A stretch of DNA of 64,000 nt from Iphione sp. A-MEVVRFRX5 (Eukaryota): contig OZ320313.1 of the NCBI GenBank assembly GCA_976226885.1, forward strand, positions 116,126,001-116,190,000, in the 5' to 3' direction. Positions 30,401-42,599 of the stretch are shown here, one piece after another (the stretch's first letter is position 1; every line of letters starts with the position of its first letter). Under the pieces are notes generated by a model, which was not told the origin of the DNA, made no database searches, and saw only the letters and a list, made by a program, of their open reading frames with translations. Position numbers and translations under genes: made by a program.

Positions 30401-33329
30401 CTATACTCTCTACATTATTTCACTTGGTTAGCGTTCCTTCCTTCTGTCTCATTTTGCCGTCATGGCGGCAACGATGCGGATCCTTCGGTTCACACATCGA
30501 CTTGAGTTTCAGCTCGGTGCCGCACGCTGGGAGGTCCGGCTTCTATCTGTGTTCTACAGATAAGCCTACTTTGACAGTTTACTCGCGCTTTTGCATCATC
30601 TGCGTAAATCATGGGATGTACACTTTCACTGACAAGAACTCAAAAACAGACGGGAAATAACTGAAGATGCACATGCGGAAAGTAAGCTTGAAAGTACCAC
30701 CTTCGTTTTAAAGTCGTCGTTTTGTTACGTTTACCATCCATCCAACCAAAAAAAATATGACTGAAACAGATCACATATAACTCCAAACCGGAAAGCACTG
30801 ACGTACCACACAAACACACATAGTAAGAGCGAATGACTTGTTCCAGCAGCCGCAGTGAACCTTCCCTTTTTGCTGCATGCCTCCACTGTAAAGTAGTCGG
30901 CTACGGTAATAGTATATTCCATAAATTTCAATTTCTTATTTGGAAATATTTGTTCTGTTGAGCTTGATACGTATTCGTTTTGCATATAATTATATGAATA
31001 GGTAACAACAATGAAAAGTCTGTAATTCCTTTGTTCATCTCATGATTGTAATAAATTGAAAGAAATCAAATATAAATAAACCCATTTACGTGTAAATCTA
31101 GTGGTTCATCAAATGGAAAGCCATATAACACCACAGACTGTAGACCACGTCATATCAAATACCTGCTCTGGTGACACTAGATGTGTTTACGTTTATCTTC
31201 ATAAATCCTATCATAATAATTAAGTGGCGGTGGACGCCAGGCTGTATCATACAAAATACATCATGCCGGAAGTTAATCGTGGAGATTCTCGTACATGCGG
31301 GCTGCGTTTTAAGATGACAGTGAGTACGCTCAAAAAAGAGGGCACACTGCAATCGATTTAATGAACACGCATTGGCCAACACCAGATCCTGGAGGGTAGA
31401 AAAACCCTGCTGCAGATTTTGTCACGCATTCTTTCGTGGAGGACCCACATAACCACCCAGTTACCATAGCCAGATCAATCACGTGAGCCTCAATTTGATA
31501 ACGAGAAGAGACATTGTCGCCCGCCATGAGGAGAGTCTCTCCATAAGAAAAGTTTGCTTCCCTCGGGGCCCTCGAGCTTAATGCTGACATTAAAAAGAGT
31601 CTTGTAGTTTGGTCGCCACGTGGGCAATTGTAAAACACAGTACCACCTTGCTACGTTCAACACTTCAGTGTGGCTTTTGGGAGCAGCCAACTGAAAAATA
31701 CTTCAGTACATCCAAAACCAGAAACTTTCGCAGCCACGAACTTTCAAACCTGTTAGGAATACGGATTTGCTTCAGAACCAAAGTATACCACACTTGGTTG
31801 AATACTTTCCTGTGTATTTATTTAATTCTATATTCAATTGCATTTAGGTGATTTATTTCGCTCTAATATCAATACAACGTATGGTATACCGAAAGGCGTG
31901 CTTCTCGTGAACTCGAAGTGTGAAATATTTGTTTCTCCTACACTTGATTTTAATTAAACTCTCGATTTGATTGGAGAATAAGCAGCATATCACTCCTTGT
32001 TATGGTCCCCAACATCTGTTTCTGGTGCATTTCCTGACTCTGAAAGGATAATGGTAAACAAGCAGAAATCCTCGTTGTATCTAGAGAGGACATTACGGCA
32101 AACGGTGTACCAGATCTCTCCTATACTAGGAAAGCACAGCACAGGACGCCCTTGCTGTACGAAAGACCTCCGCCCTGCTTCCGGCATATGGTCATGGTTG
32201 GGTAGCGCCTGGGCGCAGACTTCCATCGGGGAAAGTCAGCATGCAAAGCCGGCGGCGATCGACACTGATAAATCTGGGGCAACTCCTCGAGGGAAGGCGC
32301 CGGCCGCAAGTGTTCACTCGTTGATACGGGGGGCCAGGGATGTCACCTGGGGCCAAGACCCCGCCAGCTTGTGGCACTATCATATTACACACCCGGGCGA
32401 CACGTGTAGCCATCGATCTTGTCTATCTGTCTGGCTGCGAACCCGGTGCGGACCCGCGCCCGTTCGGCGCCATCCTCCCTCCAGTCTGACGATCGGCGCC
32501 ACCTCCTTCCGATGCCCTCGTTTTCCGTGCTGCAAAGCAGCAACCCTTGAGGAAACCAGAATCCTACCCACAGTTCACACAGGCATGTCCCAATCCTGGG
32601 ACTTGGAGAAGTACTGATAAGGAGTCGTATTACAAATCGTATCTAACACAGCGCCATGACGATTAGAAAGCGCGACTGATCTACGAGATAGCTGATAATG
32701 TCATAGGTCCGCCTGGGAGTGGCGTAACGGAGATGGACATTTGAGGTCTATTGGACGCTTATCTAGATGCTCGTGCTAAACGAATATTGCATTGACACAC
32801 TTTTGTTAGGATGGCAAGGAAGGTTTCAAATGGAAATAGAACTATTGATGTAGTTTGCCAGAATGTTATTTGAAGAAAGCAGGAAGCATTGTTGTAATTT
32901 ATTGAACAAATATGTAGATAATCGTATTGACTCAAGTGTCTTAGGATGGCGAGTAGAGTTCCAAATGGAAATAGAACAGAGCTTTTGATCGAGTTTGACA
33001 AGATTAAGTTAATCCAACCATTTAGAAAAACCTTTAAAAACTGGTTTATTTCAGAATAAATACAACACTTCGAGATGTACATATGCCAGAGATCGAGGTA
33101 TATTTACATCTTCATCTCCCTGTTCCTGGAATTCCCATTGTCGGGGGGGGGGGGGGTTCTTCTCAGAACCACACCGTTCCGACGTTCGTGGTTTGGCTTG
33201 ATCTTCATTAATATGTAATAGGTTTGTCTCTCAACTTTCTTTCAGTGACTTTGAAGAAAGTCTACAAATGTAGACAACTTCATTATTAAGATATGTCAGG
33301 GGGATCATTACTATCTGTATGAGAGATGA

Positions 33330-33900
33330 CTATAGACGTATCATGCGCATACATATGCACCGTAAGGATGTCAAAATGCAGACAGCCCTTTGTCCTGAGC
33401 AACATTGCCCTGATTTCTTGTCTGTTCTGATTACTCATCTGTCATGCAAATGGCACTTGGCTGTATAAACTACACAGTAAAATGACACTCCGTCAATGCT
33501 ACCGTAGGATACAGAAGGACAGTCCCTTTTTAAACGAAAAAGTGCATGCCCCTAGGCATTCGGATGGTTTTGACAATATCCGTACTTTCTAAAAGAGAAA
33601 GTAGCGTTTGTCCAGAAGAGGTAAAAGACTGAAATACTGGAGACAAGGCCATCCTTGGTTTTGTTGCCAAAAGTAGTTTCTGACAGTTAGTATTACTGAG
33701 GGAGTTGACAACATAGAAAAACTGTACTTAGTTCTTTTCGACACGGTCTCAATGGATATGTCCCCTTCTTGAATAGCTGGTCTTTAAGTGAGTCTATTTT
33801 GTAGCGACTAAGAGCGGAAGGTAGTAGTGCAAGAAATGGTCAATAGGGATTTTTTTTTATCATTCCAGCATCTCTGGTGTCCTGCTTAGCGTAGGAGGAA
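33330..33900 (-). mobile_element. Decayed non-LTR retrotransposon RT remnant
   Basis: GCLSPFL, IQEGDISIETVSKRTKY and later C-terminal-like segments; weak motif matches. Confidence 0.3.
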
Positions 33901-34699
33901 GGGTGAAAGGCAGCCTATGCATGTATATGTTATTCCAAGTTAATAAACCGTTTTGAAATTATTGGCAACATCATGGAAGCTCTGTGTACCACTGGACCTT
34001 TTTTACACACATTTTGTGTATGGCATTATCATCGTTTTAGAAGAAATTGAAGATAACGAAAATACCATTCAACAATATAGTTTAATTATCAGAAAGCTCA
34101 TGTATAATTCCCAAGAAAACACTATTTAAAAAAACGTTATCCCAGGATATTATTACAACTCACATATTTCCGAATTGACAACATCAGTTCGCGGTGTAAA
34201 TATGGTACTCGGTAATGTTAGACGAAAAGGCACGAAATGGCTTTGTAGGTTGCATCCAGAGCTGGAACTGGGCATCCAGTGTTCCTCCGAGAACAAATAC
34301 GAGCCAAATGCTTCCGATTAGGGTCACGTATAACGTATTTAAAGCACGTCTTACTGGCACGTTGACGACTGATGAGGGCAATATTTTGGCGAGCTGGCAG
34401 CCTGCGAGATACCTACTCCCCCAAGCATCACGGACTGTGCATAACCTAGGTTAACGCCGTCAGTGAACTGACCATTTCGTTAGGATATATGCATACATAA
34501 AGAGGAATCCATAAATTGCGCTCTATCAGCCGTTGTGCGTTTACAATGGTACCTGAGATGTGTGCCTCCTAAACGACACTAAGTGGTCTTGATTCTGAGA
34601 GGTTACAGCATTCGAGACTGCTTTGGCTCCATTTTGCTATGATTGCAGTAGTTCTAAGTAAGCAGCAAATTGTCACCAGTTTACATCAAAATACATGTA

Positions 34700-34829
34700 C
34701 AGTGGAATATCTTTTTGAGAACAGAATGCTTGATTTCTTATATTAACAGTTACCTATTTGAGACCAAACTCACTATTAAGACCACTTTTGATTAGAACCA
34801 AGGGGTGGTCATAAATAGGGTTTCCACTG
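34700..34829. mobile_element. Tc1/mariner-pogo-type MITE
   Basis: TA-CAGTGGAA ... TTCCACTG-TA terminal inverted repeats with a TA duplication; internal GACCAC/GTGGTC inversion. Confidence 0.75.
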
Positions 34830-37008
34830 TATCTAAACAAAACATTGACACAATTGGTTGACTGAGACTTCTTTCATGAGTCAGATATTGGCAAAAATAG
34901 TGTGAAGGGACAAAAAATGCATGGGAAATTATGCCTCATTCCAGATATTGCTCACTTGGTAGAATCATTTGAGATGTTATCGCAAGAGCACTACGAGACC
35001 GAATTCTATGCTCAATTTTGGCCACTGCTCAAAGTTTGTCTCCCGTACATCGTATCTAAGCTGGAAGCAACCCAGGTAGCTTACCTATTTCCACTGGAAG
35101 AATATGAAGCGGTATGATGATATTGAAATGTCCACAGTTAACAATGGCAGAACACGACTATACATGTCCACTTAGTGAAGGGTGTTCTAATTTCTCTTTT
35201 ACTTCCAACAAAAAATTGAAATACGATACTGCATCTCTCGAGTATGTAAATGTTAAGTATGTTACTCAATCCTACTTTAAAGCGACCGCATAAATTATAC
35301 ATGCACTTTTTATGAACGATTTGCTACATACAAAGTCTGTCCATGTGTCAAAGCAAAATTTCATCGTAATCACAACACAACGTAACATGAAACATATAGG
35401 TAACGACATATAAACCCGACGATATCTGTAATGTATATAACTATGAGCCAAACATACTCGACTGAGATAAATTCAATGTTACGATCATATGGTATGTGAT
35501 GACAAATTCCTTAACCCTGTTTCCACTCGTGTACATATAAAATATACCACAGCATACGGTATTGCTTTCCCTCTCGTTTGAATAAGAAGAAATGTCACTT
35601 GATAACATACTGTTTTGGGGGTAAAATTTCTTTTTCACGTTTAAGAGAGCGTATTGGTTGTGGTATATAAAGCATAAAATTGAAGGATGTCAATTCTCAC
35701 ACAAAGTCAGCACGTTATCATTGCATATGCTACGGTTTTTAAAATTCATAACCTTTAAATAAACGTTTCAATATCTCTTTTCATTAAAAAAAAGGCTTTC
35801 AAAAAAGGGGGAAATAAAATATGAAAAGTGCAGTTTCGGGCTGCTAACGAGCAACAGAGAACTGTCCGTAACATTCCTTCTAATAAATGACTCAGAAGTC
35901 CGTTGAACGCCGCCGGGATTAGTGGCTAACCCGTCCCCTGATCCCAATATACTGGCTAACTACATGGCAATTGCCACGAATTATGATGTAACTTAAAGGG
36001 AACTATTAAAGAGGTACTATGAATGCGTTTTAATGTAACGTTTTGATACTTTCAAGTGTCGATAAACAATAAAAGTATTGAGTATTATTAAATAATATAT
36101 TTTAATTTAGAAGTATTTCTATGAACTATTTTTGCATATTTCTGTGAAATACTTCCTCACAGGTACGCTTTCATTCTCCTCATGAGAGTATTTTCCAGCC
36201 GGCACTGTACTGCCACACTGTGGAGTCTGTATTTCTCCAATCAAAGCAGGACAAAGGAGAGCAAGCATACAGACAGGGAATATGCTGACACAGAAATCTA
36301 CCCTAAATCGTTGTGCTATGCAGCTATATTGCCATGTACTTCCACTACAATGAAGCTCATATGGTACTTTCCATAATCGCAATGGATATTTTCAACCTGT
36401 GCACAATGACTTCTTTTACTGAACAAAACACTAAATAACTAAATTACACAAACGGATTCCTAGGTTGTGTATTATCGATCCCTAGCCAACAAGTTATTGC
36501 TTGCATGGTTTCGGTGAGATATACCAATGGGTAATTTTTGGCAATGGTGGGCTCTACAATCTTTCTGGCAGTTTTACTTTCTGCAGACACTACATCTTGG
36601 TTACACTCGTTCAAAGATCACAATGCGAGTACATGTACCTTTCAAGCACATATGAGAGAAATATACACGTACGTTCCTAAACTGTGCATGTGTACAACGT
36701 ACATGTGTACATACTTAAACCCATCTGTTCTTTTAAAAAAACCTCTAACATCTTGTGTCATCTCAAGGACATTAGTTTTGAATAAATAGCTTACTCGATA
36801 AAATATAATTTCGTTCAAATGTTATGCATTTATAGGGGGGGTTTTAAAAGGCACATTCTAAATAAGTCTAAGCGGCGTCTAACAAGACTGACGTGCTGTA
36901 ACGGTGGTGGCAGTGTAGATCAACTACAAGCGAGCGATTGCGGAGGAAAACAAGACGCAAATATAAAGGGGAAGGGAAGGACGACTCTCCTCCCCCTTTG
37001 GCATTGCT

Positions 37009-37203
37009 TCACTCGCGTAGCATGCTCTCCTTCCAAGCGGTCCATTTGCCTCGTAGATCCTGCTTCACTTGATCAGACTCGAAGATGCAGTCGATGGCTG
37101 CGTAGGACAGCTGCCACAGCTCGTCACGTGACAGCCCAAGGGCTTCATGAGCATGCACAAACTCCTGTGACAGTGTAGTATCGAAGACTCCTTTGTCGTC
37201 GGT
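37009..37203 (-). CDS. ADAL: ADAL terminal coding exon (TDD metal-binding motif, stop codon)
   Basis: TDDKGVFDTTLSQEFVHAHEALGLSRDELWQLSYAAIDCIFESDQVKQDLRGKWTAWKESMLRE* matches the ADAL C-terminus TDDKGVFATHLSQEY.... Strong acceptor ctttcttctctatcccacttag; phase 0 continues ...HPCIIC. Not in the supplied ORF track. Confidence 0.9.
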   Translation of the reverse strand, partial: TDDKGVFDTTLSQEFVHAHEALGLSRDELWQLSYAAIDCIFESDQVKQDLRGKWTAWKESMLRE

Positions 37204-37477
37204 CTAAGTGGGATAGAGAAGAAAGGGCCAAGTTTACTTAAAATGACAAAAGTCGACCGGAAACAGTGTGTGTAAATTAGAGCGTTCAGACCGTATCTCT
37301 GCATGACTGGAATACAAAGAACGAGCTATTTTTCTAAGGACAAAAGCTAAAGGTTCGTAATCAAAGAGTTCCTTTCCAGAATGCGGCCCGGATTGTCGAA
37401 CCAAGGAGAAGACATATTCCTTTGTAGTTTTATTGTTTATCACTGAATAAAAGTTAACGTTTCCATTTCTCATTTCT

Positions 37478-37632
37478 NNNNNNNNNNNNNNNNNNNNNNN
37501 NNNNNNNNNNNNNNNNNNNNNNNNNNNNNNNNNNNNNNNNNNNNNNNNNNNNNNNNNNNNNNNNNNNNNNNNNNNNNNNNNNNNNNNNNNNNNNNNNNNN
37601 NNNNNNNNNNNNNNNNNNNNNNNNNNNNNNNN
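37478..37632. other. Assembly gap (155 N)
   Basis: Run of N. Confidence 1.
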
Positions 37633-40481
37633 ATATTTAAAACAGAATTACAGACAAGTACATATAAAAAGCTAGTTCGCCCCTGATAGGCAAACGCACT
37701 TACTGAACAATGGCTACATTTTGTAAACACCATTGCATTGTAAATTCATTAGCAAAAACATGCCAAGTGCCTCCGCAGGGAAATTTGCAACGGAAAACAG
37801 GATGTCGTGCACAGAAATCAAATGCCTTTGAGTGCGGGCGTACATCATTACATATTGATATATTTGCCAGTCGTTCCCACAATAGAGTACACGTATACAG
37901 CGTGTGAGTAAAAAAAACATTGTTTTTTTCTTATATGTGCATACATTTTTAAAATATCGTTCTTTCGTCGCTGTTTTTAAAGCAATAGAACACTTTACTT
38001 TTACAAGAAAACGTGTGAAACTAGCAAATATACATCAGAGTAGCACTGCTACAAGAATCTAGTGAAGAAATATTCTAAAAAGAAAAATCAGTTAACTAGC
38101 GCGTCTCCTTTTTTTAAACGACAAAAGTGGTAAGAGCTAAGTCGTTCACTTTTGTACACCCAACGTCAGTGGATTGGACATTTAAAAAATCTTAGGCTAT
38201 TTAACACGCTACTTTCAGATCGCCTCTACGTGTGCCAACTCCTGAAAGGAGAGTACCACGCCATGTTAACACCTGTAAGATTTGACGGCATCGACCGGCG
38301 AGCCACGTCTTCCTGGCCTTCTGCAAGGCAAGTCCGTTAAAGTTGCAGTGAATCATTTTTATGTATCTTTTATTTAACATGAGAACATATACATATAAGT
38401 ACGTGTTACCCAGGCCTTCCATTTTTCCACATCAACAACCTTACCTAAAAAGAATCTATTTACAGAAAGTTGATACAGTGTTGACTATGATAATGAAGAT
38501 AAATAGAGAGTGAAAGTGGATTTGGTAGTCAATAATCATAAACTGCCCATACCATCTGTACAACCGCACAGAGCTTCTTGCTGATCATATCTACATGTAC
38601 ATGTATTTCAAGTTGCACAGAGTCGTTGCATATTGCGAGGATAAGTATCGATGTAGACAGCGTCTACAGTCACGTCCAGCTAACCGATGCCAATTCACAT
38701 TTTAGCATAATACATACGGATATCTTCTTTTTATCATAAGTTGTACTTATCTGAATGCCTGCTGGGCTATAGAAACCGGCCCTTAGATGGTTTTTCAATG
38801 CGTGCGTATTCATGCACTCCGGGAAACACATAACAACCCAGGATATGGACTGAATGTTTTTATTTTTTTTCTTTTTTGGCTATGGGTAACCATGAGATGC
38901 ATCCACAGAGACAACATCGCATAACCCACCACAATGGGTGGCAGTTATGAATGGAACTTTTGAGAGAATTCACAATCAAGGTAGCATCTGCAGGGTACAA
39001 ACAACACCAACCACGTTTTCGATTAATTTAGGATATGGATTGAACACTGGTGCCTTCCCATGGGTGCGCCATTCGAGTATACGTGTGCATATCCAAGAAA
39101 AACTATCCAGAATTGATGACTTATCCTAGACACACACATATAAACCCTGTGGATTCTCTACCAACCTGGGCATCGGGCGACCATCTGTGATCAATTGAGG
39201 TTATTCACTGTCCCACAGAATCAGAACAAAATAATACACCCGCCTGTGTGTGCCTAAAATACAGACATTGAAACCCTGCCTTACTTGGTAAGTTGACCCG
39301 GCTTTACACACACGCGACGTTTTTTTTCAATGTATGCACACACGCATACACATATTTAAGTGCATTGCGTAGTGACATCTGGTAGTATTATATTCTAATA
39401 ATGGGTCGTGCTCAGGACTATGGGTAACACGGATGATATTCAATCTGCGAAATACAGCGTGGCAGGCAGCGCTGCCGTGCGCCAAAGGGAAAGACTAGGA
39501 TGACGAGCGTCAAACAGCCCGATCTGGCGAGGGCGATGCCGAGGGGTCAATGGAATGGTTTGACAGGCAGCAACAAGGGCAGCGTTATGCCTATCAGACG
39601 GAGGGGAGGGGGCTTAATGTGAGGCATCTGGCAGCTGCGACGGCCCCAGGTGGAGGCCGTGCCAATCACAGCAGGTGTGAATCAGGTGTGAGCGGGCCCT
39701 AACGGTACAGCCGTCATGCGGCAGGAGGGGGGGGGGGCAGCGGTAGGCCGCTTGACCGGCCCCTCTTCATGTCAATATCTGTAGAGAGGAGGATGGTGGA
39801 CGTAAAGTGGCAGGGAGATGGCAGTGCCGGCCGCCAGCTGTCACGGCTGACTGATGCCTTGTCACCTTCATCAGGCTGGCTCCCACCATGCCACTTCCTT
39901 CGGGATCCTATCGATCCACGTCACTCGTCTACAACCAACAACTGTTCCCACATTCGCCTCCGCCATCTCCATCGCCTTAAATCTCGTTATGAGTAAACGC
40001 TGTCAGCTGATGGGTGATGGCTGAGTTGCTCAGCGGTCAAACGCGATGGTACCATAAGTCTGTCAAAAAGAGTGAATGAACACTGTCGTGCCTTCATTTT
40101 TTTCATACCTGGGCATCAATAAGACAACTCTAGCAACGACATATCGCTAACATAATGCGCTCGCAATATCACATCAGAAGAGCGTGTTTTAAAAATCTCC
40201 TGAAGATTTACTAAAAAGATGGAAGTTAAAGCATTTACGGATTCTATATAGAAAAGGGGTCTTATGACACTGCAAGCATACAATTACTAGCTTAACCTTA
40301 GGCTGTACTATGGGGATTCGCAATTGGCACCTGCAGTCTCCTGCCGTGGTTTTTGTAGAAAATAATGGCCTGCTTGTAGTGCCCTAATGACTGTCCAGCT
40401 CATGTCATTTGCGCATCAATCAACAGTGAGCTCTTCTTGTGGCTGAGCAGCTCGCAGAATGGACAGCGCGCGCGGTACCTA

Positions 40482-40718
40482 NNNNNNNNNNNNNNNNNNN
40501 NNNNNNNNNNNNNNNNNNNNNNNNNNNNNNNNNNNNNNNNNNNNNNNNNNNNNNNNNNNNNNNNNNNNNNNNNNNNNNNNNNNNNNNNNNNNNNNNNNNN
40601 NNNNNNNNNNNNNNNNNNNNNNNNNNNNNNNNNNNNNNNNNNNNNNNNNNNNNNNNNNNNNNNNNNNNNNNNNNNNNNNNNNNNNNNNNNNNNNNNNNNN
40701 NNNNNNNNNNNNNNNNNN
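40482..40718. other. Assembly gap (237 N)
   Basis: Run of N. Confidence 1.
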
Positions 40719-41129
40719 GAATGACGTGCAAATTGCAAGTAAGAGATTAAAGTGCATCAGCACGCGCCGGCATTTGGAATAAATCTGTATTTTTGTCAGA
40801 TTGGGCTGACGAAATATGGCCCAACTTAACAGTGGGCGCTTGTGACAGTGGATCCTGTTAGAAACAGAACGCCATAAAAAAAGGTGAGGTTCAATCTATA
40901 TGCTCGAAGTGGTGTTGGCCTCTGGTGGCCTTCAAAGGAACTACAAATAAATCACTGCCAAGACTCCGTAGTCCCACGAAGCACCATCCTATCTAATACC
41001 TGTTTCTCAAATCTCTCTGAATTACAACAGAAGTCAATTACCAATGCTTATATTCATTAATCTATCACATACTTTCACTCGAAGTATCACTAATCCGACT
41101 GTAAAAAACGGTGAAGCAGAAACAATATA

Positions 41130-41219
41130 CAGTGGAAAACCTCTATTTAGGACATGCTTGTGTTTCCCCAGAAAGGTCCCAAACTGAAACATGTCCTTAT
41201 TTAAGACGTCTTCCATACG
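41130..41219. mobile_element. Degenerate Tc1/mariner-pogo-type MITE
   Basis: TA-CAGTGGAAAACCTCTATTTAGGACATG ... CATGTCCTTATTTAAGACGTCTTCCATACG-TA; internal AGGACATG/CATGTCCT inversion; same terminal type as 34700-34829. Confidence 0.6.
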
Positions 41220-41229
41220 TAGCAAAACA

Positions 41230-41960
41230 CAATCTCGTCCTCGAAGAATTGCCAGTGCAAAGGACATCATCTTCATCATTACCAACCAACTTGATAAGAT
41301 GTCACTGTCTAGACCATATGGTGTAGTGTTACATAATGGGCTTTCGCCCTTTATGTACTTAGCACAGTCATTTGGATTGTTCTTCGGGATGTTCTTGTTG
41401 TCGGCAAAGTCAAATCGTTCGGTATCATAGTGTCCGTTAAACGTGCTGCATTGGACTTGACTGTATGCTGGGACATTGTCACCACTGTCCTTTATCGTTG
41501 AGATCGTGTTGTCTGTTGACACATTGGAATACGTTAGCTTGCGAGGAAAAGTCTTGTTAGTTCTGCGGGATGGGGCACGCAGGGGTGTTGGTGGTGGTGG
41601 GACAAGCTGCTTGGCGGTTGGTTGTGACGTCGCCTGTGTTGACCTGTTTTCTGTGGAAGTCGGTCGCATGGAGGTGGAGCTGTTGCTTATGCTGGGCAGG
41701 ATGTTGGAGGTATCCAGTTCCTCTGTGTTCCCACTGGTTGCTGAGTCAGACAACTGACCCATCAGGGTTAGAAGGTTGTTTGTTGCTTGCTCCTGTTCGT
41801 CATCTTCGTTGATGATGATCGGGTCGGTACTGTTTTTTGGTTGCTTGTTAGGGTGGGCAGGTTCGGAAGTACTGGCACCCATGCCGAGTTCTTGTCTTGT
41901 CATGGACTCTAATGGTTGTTTCCAAGGGGCAGGAATTGTAATTTGGCTTGGATGGAGCAT
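41230..41960 (-). pseudogene. Diverged, zinc-finger-less paralogue of the PLE accessory ORF (part of an older element)
   Basis: The first true ATG is at 41960 (ggcaacATG): MLHPSQITIPAPWKQPLE..IINEDDE..ATNNLLTLMGQLSDS..FPRKLTYS..YGLDSDILSSWLVMMKMMS aligns motif by motif with the 42420-43424 ORF. Interrupted at its 3' end by a MITE. Confidence 0.7.
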
Positions 41961-42019
41961 GTTGCCGTAGTTCAAATTACATGTCGATCCCAAATTTCAG
42001 TTTAAAACTGCTCTTATAT

Positions 42020-42383
42020 ATCAAGTGAAAGCAAAACCAAAACACAATTTCCAGAACTTCTTTGTATTCAGTAAACCAAATAGTCCAGTAGATCAAACTC
42101 AAGCTTTCGACAGTCAACCTGTCTTCATCAGGAGTACATGTGGTGTATTCAACATACCGCGAAAATCTGCCTTATATACTCATCGGTTGCTAAGGTATCC
42201 AAGGATAATTACAGTTCTGCAGTTAAGATTTTCCTTGAGTATGATTTGTCAATAAAAATTAATTATGGATAATTGTTAAACTGGGATCAAAAATGCAAGT
42301 GAAGTACTATGTGAAGGGGTAAATGTTACAACAGTCCAGTATCACAGATGATTATGTTGCCAAATGTCTCGAATAAAAAATTA
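42020..42383 (-). repeat. 3' pseudo-LTR (364 bp)
   Basis: Direct repeat of 46434-46797; I counted 3 substitutions by eye. Confidence 0.97.
42097..42135 (-). ncRNA. Minimal type I hammerhead ribozyme (PLE type), second copy
   Basis: Identical to 46511-46549. Confidence 0.88.
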
Positions 42384-42599
42384 CTTCAAAACAGCCCCCT
42401 GTGTTGTATATCTGTATATTCACCAGTTGACACCAAACTTTAATCGAAACATTATGAGGATGTCCCCAGCAAGATCCGGGGACATCATGCGCGTCATAAC
42501 CAACCACGAGTTAATCATATCTCTGGACAGTCCGTATAGAATGTCTTTCGGTGGTTTCGGACTAGGTCCCTTGGGTTTTACATAAGGCGGCAGACTGAC

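Noticed and set aside
30655-30695. CUGAAGA...GAAA motif on the plus strand
   Set aside because: Weak 3-bp stem II and no complementary stem I.
31997-32617. 206-aa ORF
   Set aside because: Non-ATG start, no domain motif and no splice or codon evidence; likely a chance ORF in a GC-richer decayed repeat.
39835-39882. CUGAUGA-containing hairpin on the minus strand
   Set aside because: GAAA is replaced by GUGA and there is no UH cleavage site or helix III, so it is not a valid hammerhead.
40400-40782. ORFs spanning N runs (also 37470-37733)
   Set aside because: Artefacts of assembly gaps.
41230-41330. Resemblance of GLDSDILSSWL to the Ulp1/SENP WLxDxxI motif
   Set aside because: No downstream HW, D or QxxxxxC catalytic motifs in either paralogue.
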